From a virus, in the IMG/VR virus record IMGVR_UViG_3300035047_000215: a DNA stretch of 64,000 bases. The stretch is one strand, 5' to 3'. The position numbers and the translations under genes were made by a program. The notes under the pieces are model-generated. The model saw only the letters and a list, made by a program, of their open reading frames with translations, ran no database searches and was not told the DNA's origin. This document shows, in pieces, positions 54,374 to 63,090 of this stretch (within the stretch, counting starts at the first letter, position 1; every line of letters starts with the position of its first letter).

Positions 54374-54400
54374 GGGCCGTGGTCACCTGTGGAGGGCGAT
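54374..54400 (+). repeat. 27-bp perfect repeat, copy 2
   Basis: Identical to 52969-52995. Here it is extended into a hairpin, GGGCCGTG(54374-54381)...CACGGCCC(54401-54408). Confidence 0.9.
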
Positions 54401-54423
54401 CACGGCCCAAAGGAGGCTTTTAA

Positions 54424-54807
54424 ATGGAATGTAGTTGTTCAATAGACGCCGTAGACTGCGGCGATTATGAATCCTGGGAACTGTTCGAGGACCCAAAGCG
54501 GACAGCCAGGAAACCCCATCGGTGCAATGAGTGTTACCGGACCATCCAGCCGGGTGAAACATACGAGGATATGAGGGGCCTGTCAGACGGCCGCTGGTTC
54601 AAACACAAGACCTGTGCAGATTGTCTTTCTGTCAGGTCTTCTTTTTTTAAATCCTGGTATTACGAGCGGCTTTGGGAAGATGTCAGTGAATATCTGCATG
54701 AGTGTTATTACCAGGTTCCGGAAAAATGTATCGCGGCCCTGACCCCGGCGGCCCGGGCCAAGGTTTGTGAACTGATCGAAAAACATTGGGAGGACGAAGA
54801 TGATTAA
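54424..54807 (+). CDS. Cys-rich hypothetical protein
   Basis: 127-aa ORF with an AGGAGG RBS. Confidence 0.6.
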   Translation: MECSCSIDAVDCGDYESWELFEDPKRTARKPHRCNECYRTIQPGETYEDMRGLSDGRWFKHKTCADCLSVRSSFFKSWYYERLWEDVSEYLHECYYQVPEKCIAALTPAARAKVCELIEKHWEDEDD

Positions 54808-54952
54808 AAGCATATTGTCGGCAGTTGCGGCGGGCCTGTGTTTCTCATTTGGGATTCTACTGGCCGGAAGCCCGGGGCCAAGTTTCCCATGGCCCAACCT
54901 TGTAGGAGCGTGTGTTTTTTGTCTCACGCCTGTCTTTGCAAGGGGCATCTGA
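54800..54952 (+). CDS. Small hydrophobic protein (50 aa; below the ORF-track cutoff)
   Basis: MIKSILSAVAAGLCFSFGILLAG... It overlaps the upstream stop and ends in a TGATG overlap with the next ORF. Confidence 0.4.
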   Translation: MIKSILSAVAAGLCFSFGILLAGSPGPSFPWPNLVGACVFCLTPVFARGI

Positions 54953-55152
54953 TGGATGCAACCGATGTCAAACAGGCGCTGAAGGACCTCCCCCAGGCAT
55001 CGCAATGGGTAACGACCGGTGCCATTGTGGATGTGCTGCTGGATCAAATGGCAGCCGGCAAACCCGTGGACCCCCAGGCGATGTGTTCCATGATGGGGGA
55101 GATGGTCGAGTTTGCCCATAAGCACGGCGATAGGATCAATGCGCCTGCTTAA
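54952..55152 (+). CDS. Hypothetical protein
   Basis: 66 aa from ATG 54952 (MDATDVKQALKDL..). Confidence 0.5.
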   Translation: MDATDVKQALKDLPQASQWVTTGAIVDVLLDQMAAGKPVDPQAMCSMMGEMVEFAHKHGDRINAPA

Positions 55153-55609
55153 ATATCTTCAAGAATACCCACTGAAGCGGGACACCTATACCCGGGCAGA
55201 CGTGGAGAAGATCCGGAAACATGCTTTTCAGGTCGCCTGCGATGTGCCCGGTCCGATCAGCGGCAAGCAAAGGAGATATTATTTTGCCGTGATTGTGGAA
55301 ATGCTTTCCCTGGAAACCGGGTACACAAAAGAGGAAATGCACAAACATGTTTTAGGGGAAATGTTTAGGTTGTGCGAATCCAACGGGCAGGTGTTTGTGA
55401 GGTCCATAACCGACTACAAGGCGCCAGAAATGGAAGATTATATGTCAGGGGTGCGTATGTGGGCATCTCAAGAGCTTCACATGTATATCCCCCTGCCCAA
55501 TGAAACCGAATTTGCATATACAATCAAGGAGAAAATCAATGCCAAAACAGATAAAGACCCTGTCGGATCAGGAGATGGCAAGGTTGAAAAACAAAATACA
55601 GGTCAGTGA
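55139..55609 (+). CDS. Hypothetical protein (weak NinB-like pattern)
   Basis: 156 aa from the first ATG. ..SGKQRRYYFAVIVEMLS..TKEEMHKHVL.. loosely recalls the S..QN..LW pattern of NinB-type proteins. Confidence 0.45.
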   Translation: MRLLKYLQEYPLKRDTYTRADVEKIRKHAFQVACDVPGPISGKQRRYYFAVIVEMLSLETGYTKEEMHKHVLGEMFRLCESNGQVFVRSITDYKAPEMEDYMSGVRMWASQELHMYIPLPNETEFAYTIKEKINAKTDKDPVGSGDGKVEKQNTGQ

Positions 55610-55751
55610 AAGGTATGTGAGATATCTTCAGGGCCAATACCTAACTCAGACAGGTGTCCTACATCATCCATCCGGCCCCTTGCCGGCTTTGGATCTGATC
55701 GAAGCCGTGGAGCACATCAAAGAGGACCTGGCAGAGGCCCGGGGTCTTTAA
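55539..55751 (+). CDS. Hypothetical protein
   Basis: 70 aa with an AAGGAG RBS 7 nt upstream of ATG 55539. It overlaps the previous ORF by 71 nt. Confidence 0.45.
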   Translation: MPKQIKTLSDQEMARLKNKIQVSERYVRYLQGQYLTQTGVLHHPSGPLPALDLIEAVEHIKEDLAEARGL

Positions 55752-56107
55752 TGACCCCTTGTCCCAAAATCATCCCCTTGCGTGATCCAGGATATCTCGC
55801 ATGGCTGCGGACCCTGCCATGTGCGGTATGCGGCAGGGGTCCGTGCGAAGCAGCACACCAGCGATTGCTGGGGGGTGGGGCCGGGTCTAAACCGGATGAC
55901 CGGTACGCGCTGCCGATGTGCCCCGGCTGTCATGATTCGGAACATAGGCGGGGAGTTCTGACAACATGGAACGAGAACCTTCCCGGGAACATGGAGTATG
56001 ACAAACACAGTCTGCGGGAATATCTTCGGGCGCTATGTCTCCATGCCCGGAATATTTACCAGAGAAGGGAACGAGCTTATGGAAACCTGCACGAAACAAC
56101 GGACTGA
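55751..56107 (+). CDS. DUF968-like zinc-binding (HNH-related) protein
   Basis: ..LPCAVCGRGPCEAAHQRL..GSKPDDRYALPMCPGCHDSEH.. Confidence 0.5.
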   Translation: MTPCPKIIPLRDPGYLAWLRTLPCAVCGRGPCEAAHQRLLGGGAGSKPDDRYALPMCPGCHDSEHRRGVLTTWNENLPGNMEYDKHSLREYLRALCLHARNIYQRRERAYGNLHETTD

Positions 56108-56231
56108 CACACCACCCGTGTCTGTGTATCAGGAGTATGATCAACGGAAACGGGATTTGTTTCTGAAATACGGTCATGGGCCTGAGTATGACGAGGCGGT
56201 CCGTGAATTGATTTGCGAGCTGGGGATCTAA
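56079..56231 (+). CDS. Small hypothetical protein
   Basis: 50 aa from ATG 56079 with an AAGGGA RBS. Confidence 0.4.
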   Translation: METCTKQRTDTPPVSVYQEYDQRKRDLFLKYGHGPEYDEAVRELICELGI

Positions 56232-57113
56232 ATGAAAAACCCCTGGAAAAGGAATTCCAAGATCAACCCTCAGCGGGAGGAAGGAACCCGGCAAATCAAT
56301 ACCGAAGTTCTCCATGCCCTGATCAAGGCAAAACTACCAACCGCAGAAATGAGTGTTGTCCTCACGGTGATATCGAAAACCTGGGGGTTTAATATCAAAT
56401 CAAAGGCCATGAAAATTAGTCAAATTGCAGAGCTGACAGGCTTCACAAATCGCGCAATACAGAAAGCAACCTCCGCATTGGTAGAAAAAAGAATTATCGT
56501 GACGGAGAGCAAAAAAAGCACGAACCCTGGTTCACCCTTAAATGAATATCTCTTTAATAAACACTACGATACATGGAAAATAAAAGACAGAAAAAGGGTG
56601 AACCACAGTTCGAAGGGTGAACCAGAGTTCCGGTTAAGGGTGAACCAGAGTTCACCCCCATCCTTTAAAGAAACTTATTATAGAAACTATATACCGCAAC
56701 CGCAAAATCTCCCCGAATCCTCCCCGAAAAACGGAACACCCCCTCACCTGAACGGTGAGGAACAATCAGAAGTCTATCTCACCAAAAAGAAACGGAAGCT
56801 ATCCGGCAAGCGGCTGGAAACTTTTGAACGGTTTTGGACCGCCTTTAATTACAAAAAAGACAAGGCCAATGCAGCGGATGCATGGCTTGATATCCCTCAG
56901 CTTACCCACGCCCTGGTTGATACCATCTGTGATGCTGCTGAAAAAGAAGCATTGTCAAGACCCGGGAAGATCGCCAAAGGCATGATTCCCATTTATGCAC
57001 AGGGCTGGATATCAGCACGCAGGTGGGAGGATGAACCTGAAACATCGCAACCCTCCATGCCACAAATCACAACCAAAACCCCGGAAGAAAGAATCAAGGA
57101 GATGCTGTCATGA
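56232..57113 (+). CDS. Replication initiator, lambda O-like (N-terminal winged-helix)
   Basis: ..LHALIKAKLPTAEMSVVLTVISKTWGFN..ISQIAELTGFTNRAIQKATSALVEKRII. The gene contains direct iterons and sits upstream of dnaB. Confidence 0.65.
   Translation: MKNPWKRNSKINPQREEGTRQINTEVLHALIKAKLPTAEMSVVLTVISKTWGFNIKSKAMKISQIAELTGFTNRAIQKATSALVEKRIIVTESKKSTNPGSPLNEYLFNKHYDTWKIKDRKRVNHSSKGEPEFRLRVNQSSPPSFKETYYRNYIPQPQNLPESSPKNGTPPHLNGEEQSEVYLTKKKRKLSGKRLETFERFWTAFNYKKDKANAADAWLDIPQLTHALVDTICDAAEKEALSRPGKIAKGMIPIYAQGWISARRWEDEPETSQPSMPQITTKTPEERIKEMLS
56595..56653 (+). repeat. Three 17-bp iterons (AGGGTGAACCAsAGTTC) inside the initiator gene: putative ori
   Basis: Copies at 56595-56611, 56614-56630 and 56637-56653, followed by an AT-rich stretch (56660-56690). 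An inverted half-site GGTTCACCC lies at about 56528-56536. Confidence 0.65.
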
Positions 57114-58411
57114 AACCGCTGCCTCATAATCCAGACATGGAAATGGCATTGCTTGCCACCCTGCTCCTGAACAACCGATCTTTTGACGATCTGTGCGACC
57201 TGTCCCATACGGATTTTTATATTAAAAAACACCAAACCATTTACCGGGCGATGGGAGACCTGCGGGCTAAGGGTGAAACCGTGGATCTCCTGACCATTGC
57301 AGACCATATGGGCCGCAATGGTGATCTTGAGCAGATAGGCGGCGCCAGCTATCTTTCCAAACTGGCAGACAACACCCCTATGGCCTTAAATCCAGGAGGA
57401 CATGCCCGGACGATTAAGGACCTATCCACCATAAGGGATGCTGTTCTGACCTGTATGAGAATAATCGACGGTGCCTATACCACCCAGGACCCGGAAGATT
57501 TTTTATCAGACGCACAAGCATCCATCTTGGCACTGAAAACGTCAGATGCCAAAGACCGGTTTTATAGCATGGAAACATTGGCGCACGAAGCCTTAAACCG
57601 GATAGAAAAGGCGCAGTCGGACCGAGGTGAGCGCGGATATTCTTTTGGATTGCCTGTTTTGGACAATGCAATCCGGATCACAGGCAGCAAGTTGATTATC
57701 GTGGCGGCCAGGCCGGGTATGGGGAAAACCGCGCTTGCACTGTCCATAGCCAAGCATCTGGCAAAAAACGGGACAAAAACAGCTATTCTGTCAATCGAAA
57801 TGGACAGGGACTCTTTGACAGACCGGTTTCTTAGTGAGGAGTCAGACGTAAACAATCTGTGTTTTTATGCAAAGGACTCACTCAGCGCGGAGGCGAAGAT
57901 GTACATAAAAGACGCGGCTGAAAACTTGTCTAAAGTCCCCATCTATGTCGATGACAGTGAGTGCAACATCCAGGACGTTGAGCGCAAATGCAGGCTGGCC
58001 AAAAAGATGGGGTGTGAAGTGATTTTTATCGACCAGCTCTCCAAGATCCAGTATCCGGCAAATCTGACAGAGTTCCAGGGCTACACCAGGAACTGTAACA
58101 GGATAGCGCTCCTGAAAAAAGAATTGAGAATGCCAATAGTGTTGCTTTGCCAGCTAAATAGAGAGCTGGAAAAACGGGGGGATAAGAATCCGGTTTTGTC
58201 TGACCTGAAACAAACTGGTGCGATTGAGGAAGATGCAGATATGGTGTTTTTCATTTACCGGCCCGGGTATTACGGGAGCGATGAATCAGCGGAGGCACAG
58301 GCAGAAACATATATCACCCTGGCAAAAAACCGGAACGGTGCCACCGGTGTTGAGGATGGTGTTGTTTTCAAGGCCAAAAGAGGGATGTTCCAGATGGGTG
58401 GCCGAAAATGA
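57110..58411 (+). CDS. dnaB: Replicative DNA helicase DnaB
   Basis: 433 aa with a DnaB N-terminal domain pattern, Walker A ARPGMGKTALALSIA, and ..IFIDQLSKI.., ..LCQLNRELEKR.. Confidence 0.9.
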   Translation: MKPLPHNPDMEMALLATLLLNNRSFDDLCDLSHTDFYIKKHQTIYRAMGDLRAKGETVDLLTIADHMGRNGDLEQIGGASYLSKLADNTPMALNPGGHARTIKDLSTIRDAVLTCMRIIDGAYTTQDPEDFLSDAQASILALKTSDAKDRFYSMETLAHEALNRIEKAQSDRGERGYSFGLPVLDNAIRITGSKLIIVAARPGMGKTALALSIAKHLAKNGTKTAILSIEMDRDSLTDRFLSEESDVNNLCFYAKDSLSAEAKMYIKDAAENLSKVPIYVDDSECNIQDVERKCRLAKKMGCEVIFIDQLSKIQYPANLTEFQGYTRNCNRIALLKKELRMPIVLLCQLNRELEKRGDKNPVLSDLKQTGAIEEDADMVFFIYRPGYYGSDESAEAQAETYITLAKNRNGATGVEDGVVFKAKRGMFQMGGRK

Positions 58412-59082
58412 CCCTCAACCGCACAATAGCCCGCACACCTGTCTGCCCGGTATGTGGGAAAAAATGCTACCCCAAACACTCAAAGGCCCGGGCCGTGGCC
58501 AGGATGATGGAAAAACAGGAAGGGGTGCCGTTCAGCGTCTATCAGTGCGGGGCGGCATGGCACATCGGCAAAACTTTTAAAAATCGATTTTTGAAGGCGG
58601 TACAGATGGGACACATAAACGCAGGATTAGGGATCGATCCCGGCAGGACCGGCGCCATGGCCCTGGTGAATGACCAGGATCTGGTGATCTACGACTATAC
58701 CAGCATCGAGGCAGCGGACCAGGCACTGACGGATTTACAAAAGGATTATGATATCCGGTTCGCTGTTTTGGAATGGGTCTGGATCAGGAAGAACGAGCGC
58801 AATGTCGGTTCAGCAAACACCCTGATCCGGAGCGCTGCCATGTGGGACTGCCTGCTGCATGTGCATGGGATACCCCATGATGAGTATGCACCGCAAACCT
58901 GGAGGAAAGGTTTGGTTTCTGTGAGGGCTGGGAAAGAGGCGATGGTGAAAAAGGCCCATGAGTTGCTGGGCGGACCCGAGAGTGACTTTGTCCGGCATGA
59001 CAGGGCAGAGGCGGCATTAATGGCATACCGGGCTTGGCAGCATGTCAAGGCTGGATGGAAAACTGAAAGGAGGACAGGATGA
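58408..59082 (+). CDS. RuvC-like Holliday junction resolvase with N-terminal zinc-ribbon
   Basis: CPVCGKKC..CG N-terminus, then GLGIDPGRTGAMALV (catalytic Asp motif). Confidence 0.6.
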   Translation: MTLNRTIARTPVCPVCGKKCYPKHSKARAVARMMEKQEGVPFSVYQCGAAWHIGKTFKNRFLKAVQMGHINAGLGIDPGRTGAMALVNDQDLVIYDYTSIEAADQALTDLQKDYDIRFAVLEWVWIRKNERNVGSANTLIRSAAMWDCLLHVHGIPHDEYAPQTWRKGLVSVRAGKEAMVKKAHELLGGPESDFVRHDRAEAALMAYRAWQHVKAGWKTERRTG

Positions 59083-59708
59083 AAGTGTTGGTGGCGTGTG
59101 AGGAAAGCCAAGCGGTTTGCAAGGCGTTTCGTGAAAAAGGCCATGAAGCATATTCATGTGATGTAGTTGAAAGTTCAGGTGGTAGGCCAGAATGGCACAT
59201 ATTAGACGATGTTTTAGACTATTTGCATGACGGTTGGGATATGATTGTCGCTTTTCCTCCATGTACACACCTGTGTTCATCAGGGGCAAGGTGGTTTGCG
59301 CAAAAAAGAGCAGATGGCAGGCAACAACAGGGTATTGATTTTTTCATGCGGTTTGTTGGTTTGGATTGTTGTAGTAAGGTGGCTATAGAGAACCCGGTGG
59401 GAATCATGTCTCGTGTTTATCGGAAACCGGATCAAATCATACAGCCATGGCAGTTTGGGCACCCTGAGTCTAAGGCAACATGCTTATGGTTGAAGGGACT
59501 CCCCCCATTAAAACCCACAATAATTTGTGACCCAATTTGGCATGACAACAAAACAACAAAAGGAAAAAAAACAGCTTTAAACCACAACAAGCCACAGATC
59601 AGGTGGGATGATAGAATACACAAAATGCCTCAAACAAAAAACAGGGCGAAATTGAGATCGAAAACATACTCCGGCATAGCGTTGGCAATGGCAAAGCAGT
59701 GGTCATAA
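59079..59708 (+). CDS. C5-methyltransferase-like protein (PC and ENP motifs, no obvious SAM loop)
   Basis: 209 aa with ..[14 protein letters not shown].. and ..VAIENPVG... The gene is markedly AT-rich. Confidence 0.35.
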   Translation: MKVLVACEESQAVCKAFREKGHEAYSCDVVESSGGRPEWHILDDVLDYLHDGWDMIVAFPPCTHLCSSGARWFAQKRADGRQQQGIDFFMRFVGLDCCSKVAIENPVGIMSRVYRKPDQIIQPWQFGHPESKATCLWLKGLPPLKPTIICDPIWHDNKTTKGKKTALNHNKPQIRWDDRIHKMPQTKNRAKLRSKTYSGIALAMAKQWS

Positions 59709-59733
59709 AAAAACAAACAAAAAGGAGCGCGTA

Positions 59734-60177
59734 ATGTCAGGTTTGAATCGCGTCACACTTATCGGTCGGCTAGGAAAAGATCCAGAAATTAAATACAGCC
59801 AGGCCGGCACGGCAGTATGTCAGCTGAATGTCGCAACATCGGAATCATGGAAGGACAAAAACACCGGGGAGAAGCAGGAAAAAACCGAGTGGCACCGGTG
59901 TGTGTCGTTTGGGAAAAAGGCTGAGGTCCTGGAAAAATACCTGTCAAAGGGCAGCCAGGTGTATTTGGAGGGCAAACTTCAGACCCGGAATTATGAAAAA
60001 GACGGCCAAACCCACTATACCACGGAAGTGGTGGTGCAGCAGTTCACCTTCCTGGGTGGCGGCGGCCAGCAGCAGGGCGGCCAGCAGCAGCAACCCCAGA
60101 GCTATGGGCAGCAGCAGCAACCCCGGCAGCAACCCCAGACCCAGTATCAGGCGGATGATATGGACATACCCTTTTGA
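59734..60177 (+). CDS. ssb: Single-stranded DNA-binding protein
   Basis: OB-fold N-terminus ([29 protein letters not shown]), a Gly/Gln-rich linker and an acidic tip DDMDIPF. Confidence 0.95.
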   Translation: MSGLNRVTLIGRLGKDPEIKYSQAGTAVCQLNVATSESWKDKNTGEKQEKTEWHRCVSFGKKAEVLEKYLSKGSQVYLEGKLQTRNYEKDGQTHYTTEVVVQQFTFLGGGGQQQGGQQQQPQSYGQQQQPRQQPQTQYQADDMDIPF

Positions 60178-60273
60178 TTTTAGGCCGATAGAGACGTTTC
60201 CAGGGGGGGGTCAGTGCTACGGCATAGACCCGCCCCCCAAACCTTAAATTTGAGCACAGGAATCGATTCTCAC

Positions 60274-60519
60274 ATGGGAAAACAGGTAGAAGCTGAACCA
60301 GATTTTGAGACATTTGAACAGGCCATGGACTGGCTACGGTATAAATTTGCGGAATTACAGGCAACCCGGCAGGCCCTGAAACAGTGCCAGGCCGAAAATC
60401 AAAGATTGATTGAGGGATACCGGTTTTATTGCAACCGGGAAAACTGGAAAACCCGGACCGCGCATTTGGATTGCGGCGCTAAGGCCCGGGAAATATTGAA
60501 GGAGGTGGCAGGCTTATGA
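60274..60519 (+). CDS. Hypothetical protein
   Basis: 81 aa from ATG 60274. The listed start at 60214 is GTG and lies inside a GC hairpin. Confidence 0.5.
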   Translation: MGKQVEAEPDFETFEQAMDWLRYKFAELQATRQALKQCQAENQRLIEGYRFYCNRENWKTRTAHLDCGAKAREILKEVAGL

Positions 60520-61004
60520 GTGAGGAACAGGCAGAATATCAAGCGAGCCGACGTTGCGGCAACTGTAGGAGCAATTCAAAACATGGCTGCACCTTGCGGT
60601 ATGGAGACTGGCAAACGTGCCAGCAAAACCCGTCCAGGCCGTTCTGGAAATCGCTCAAAGAGGAAGGACCAGAGATGCCGGATTTGAAAGATGATGTCAA
60701 GGACTGGGCAAACGCGGACCTTGAAACAGATTACCGCCCGGATAGCCTGGTGGCACAGAAAAAAAAGAGAATCCGGCAGCTGGTGGATGCCCACTGGTCT
60801 TACATGGAAAAGGTCCTGACCGTGGGGCAGGATACGCAACAGACATACACGTTTGACCAGGTAATGGCTATCCGCAAATGGGATTACACGTCGGTCGCGG
60901 CCCATTTTTATGGGCACGGATTTGAAGATGCCCAGCAGGCCCCGGACATGCCGGAAGGTGTGCAGGAGATTTTCACAAACCCGAAGCTGGAGGGGAAGCT
61001 ATGA
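60516..61004 (+). CDS. Hypothetical protein
   Basis: 162 aa with an ATGA overlap. Confidence 0.6.
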   Translation: MSEEQAEYQASRRCGNCRSNSKHGCTLRYGDWQTCQQNPSRPFWKSLKEEGPEMPDLKDDVKDWANADLETDYRPDSLVAQKKKRIRQLVDAHWSYMEKVLTVGQDTQQTYTFDQVMAIRKWDYTSVAAHFYGHGFEDAQQAPDMPEGVQEIFTNPKLEGKL

Positions 61005-61333
61005 TGGCGTTGAATGACTACCAGAAGGCGGCACAGAAAACGGCGGTTTATCCGGGAAAAGGGAAAGATTTGTCATATCCGGCCCTGGGGCTGAACGGGG
61101 AAGCCGGGGATGTCGCGGACAAACTTAAAAAAGTGATCCGGGACAATCACGGTGAATTCGACTGTGAAAGGCGGGAAGCCATCGCCTATGAGCTGGGTGA
61201 CGTGCTTTGGTATGTATCTGAACTGGCTTTTGAGCTGGGGTACACATTGGAATCCATCGCCGTGATGAACATCGAAAAACTTGCAAGCAGGGCGCGTCGT
61301 GGGCTTATCGGCGGTGAGGGGGATAACCGGTGA
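61001..61333 (+). CDS. mazG: MazG-like nucleoside triphosphate pyrophosphohydrolase
   Basis: 110 aa with ..GLNGEAGDVADKLKK.. and ..ELGDVLWYVSELA.. Confidence 0.8.
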   Translation: MMALNDYQKAAQKTAVYPGKGKDLSYPALGLNGEAGDVADKLKKVIRDNHGEFDCERREAIAYELGDVLWYVSELAFELGYTLESIAVMNIEKLASRARRGLIGGEGDNR

Positions 61334-61584
61334 ACCGTGTGATATCTGAACAAGGCAAGGCACCACGCAATCTGTGGGCAGCTGTCCTGGAGCAATCAAT
61401 ACTGGATATCCGGGACGGCAAAAAAAAATACAAGAGCAAGGCAAACCAAAGGGATGCGCGGATACACGCTGACCAGGCCAAGGCGTGGTTTCTCAGTGGG
61501 AGGCTGGCACCCGGTAGTTTTGTTTGGATCTGTAACGCCCTGGATATCACACCATCAAAAGTGCGGGACCGCATATTCGGATGA
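61330..61584 (+). CDS. Hypothetical protein
   Basis: 84 aa with a GTG start in a GTGA overlap. Confidence 0.5.
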   Translation: MNRVISEQGKAPRNLWAAVLEQSILDIRDGKKKYKSKANQRDARIHADQAKAWFLSGRLAPGSFVWICNALDITPSKVRDRIFG

Positions 61585-61781
61585 CAGACAATAATCTTCT
61601 GTATGGCTGGAAGGCCATAGCTCAATACCTGGGATGCTCCGTTAATACCGCAAAACGGTATCATCGATATCGGGGGCTGCCGTTATATCGGACCTGGAAG
61701 GGCGGGGCCGTGCAGGGGATACCCGGAGACATTGACGAATATTTGAGAAAAAGAAAACCCCCAAAACATTCGAGAGATTAA
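61581..61781 (+). CDS. Small HTH DNA-binding protein
   Basis: 66 aa. ..YGWKAIAQYLGCSVNTAKRYHRYRGLPL.. Last gene of the rightward operon. Confidence 0.55.
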   Translation: MTDNNLLYGWKAIAQYLGCSVNTAKRYHRYRGLPLYRTWKGGAVQGIPGDIDEYLRKRKPPKHSRD

Positions 61782-61797
61782 TGTCTTGGGGGTTTTT
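61758..61797. terminator. Bidirectional rho-independent terminator between convergent operons
   Basis: CCCCCAAAACAT (61758-61769), an 11-nt loop, ATGTCTTGGGGG (61781-61792) with one mismatch, then TTTTT. On the minus strand it is followed by TTTTCTTTTT. Confidence 0.75.
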
Positions 61798-61910
61798 GGG
61801 AGATATCCCCAAAAATGGGGAGATCTATTTATTGGGCCGTCCAGGGTTCCGGTATTTCATAGTTTTCAAAATTGGGTATTGGTTTCCACGTTGGCATCAT
61901 GATGTCCTTT

Positions 61911-62045
61911 TTATTTTTTAAGGTAATACTCAAGCGCCCGCAAGATCAGTTCACGCAGGCTGATACCGTCGTCAATGGCCCGGTGTTTTGCCCGGTCCCA
62001 GAGCTCAACAGGGATGTTTCTGAGTAGGTAGTTCAGGGTTTTCAT
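61911..62045 (-). CDS. Ribbon-helix-helix (Arc/CopG-type) protein, 44 aa (below the ORF-track cutoff)
   Basis: MKTLNYLLRNIPVELWDRAKHRAIDDGISLRELILRALEYYLKK. ATGA overlap with the upstream gene. Last gene before the terminator. Confidence 0.65.
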   Translation of the reverse strand: MKTLNYLLRNIPVELWDRAKHRAIDDGISLRELILRALEYYLKK

Positions 62046-62329
62046 TCTGTAGCCTCCATGGCGCTTTTGGTTTGGTTCACCAGCTTATCGGTTTCGGATA
62101 ACCGGCCAAGCATCTGCTGGATCAGGACCGCCTCAACAGGTGTTGAATGTGACAGGGCGGAGAGCAGATTGCTCCGGGCGACTTCCAGGCTTACCGCAGC
62201 CTGAACCAGGCAGTGGATAGTCAGGAAATGCTCCTGATCTTCGCGCCGGAGATCCTCCAGGGCGGATTCTAAATAATCAACGGCCTCTGAATCTTTATAT
62301 TCCTCGATCTTTTCAATAATACTTAGCAT
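62042..62329 (-). CDS. Small acidic hypothetical protein
   Basis: 95 aa with helical, acidic composition. Confidence 0.6.
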   Translation of the reverse strand: MLSIIEKIEEYKDSEAVDYLESALEDLRREDQEHFLTIHCLVQAAVSLEVARSNLLSALSHSTPVEAVLIQQMLGRLSETDKLVNQTKSAMEATE

Positions 62330-62649
62330 GTTATCCCCTCCACTTTTGGCATTCTTGTTTCCAGGCCGGTCGCCTGCCGAAACGATTCCATCAGATTTTC
62401 CGCATACAAATCATGCACCTCCCGGATCTTCTTGTATTTTAATCCCCAGATCCTGCCGTATTCAACGTCGTAAATGTCCAGGCCGTTCAGCGTGATCCGG
62501 ACATAGTTGATACCGTCTTTGGTGTAATGCGGGGTGGAAGGCAGCTTGAATGATAAGCCGTCGTCATGTCCCACAAAATTCCGGGCACCGGTCATTATTG
62601 CCAGCCGGCGGCCGCCGATTTGCTGATATATAGTCTTTGCGATTTCCAT
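62323..62649 (-). CDS. Hypothetical protein
   Basis: 108 aa with an AAGGAG RBS. Confidence 0.6.
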   Translation of the reverse strand: MEIAKTIYQQIGGRRLAIMTGARNFVGHDDGLSFKLPSTPHYTKDGINYVRITLNGLDIYDVEYGRIWGLKYKKIREVHDLYAENLMESFRQATGLETRMPKVEGITC

Positions 62650-62664
62650 TGTTAAATTCTCCTT

Positions 62665-62844
62665 TTAAAGTTTTACAATGAGGTCATGAACCATTGCGTA
62701 GAGTTTTGCACTGATCTTTTCCCGGTCTTCCCCGGAAAGGTCGTGTTCGCTGCAAAGGAAATCCAAGGTAGATTCCCAGTCCACCAAGTTCAGTTCACAG
62801 GAGATCCCTTCCCCTGCTATTCTTTTTATTTCTGCCGTTTCCAT
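62665..62844 (-). CDS. Small acidic hypothetical protein, 59 aa (below the ORF-track cutoff)
   Basis: METAEIKRIAGEGISCELNLVDWESTLDFLCSEHDLSGEDREKISAKLYAMVHDLIVKL, with an AAGGAGG RBS. Confidence 0.55.
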   Translation of the reverse strand: METAEIKRIAGEGISCELNLVDWESTLDFLCSEHDLSGEDREKISAKLYAMVHDLIVKL

Positions 62845-62892
62845 GGTTATACCTCCTTGTGTGCCCCCGGGCGGACCCAGGGGCGGTTTGGT

Positions 62893-63090
62893 TTATCTGG
62901 TCACCCAGTTTTCAATTTCCCGGCACTTAGCCACCTCCGTGGGGAGCAGGTCCCCGCACACGGCATAGTACCGGTATTCGTTTTCCGGAGAGTCGTTGAC
63001 TTCCCGTTCCGTACCGATGATATGATCGAATTCCCGAAGGAATAGCTTGATATGTTCAGCGGTCAACTCCTGTGTTTCGTAATAGTCCAT
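62893..63090 (-). CDS. Small acidic hypothetical protein
   Basis: 65 aa abutting the upstream stop. Confidence 0.55.
   Translation of the reverse strand: MDYYETQELTAEHIKLFLREFDHIIGTEREVNDSPENEYRYYAVCGDLLPTEVAKCREIENWVTR

Noticed and set aside
60203-60238. GC-rich hairpin (GGGGGGGGTC...GACCCGCCCCCC) downstream of ssb as a terminator
   Set aside because: The stem is strong but bulged and no U-tract follows on either strand. It may be an RNA-stabilising structure or nothing, so it was not called as a feature.
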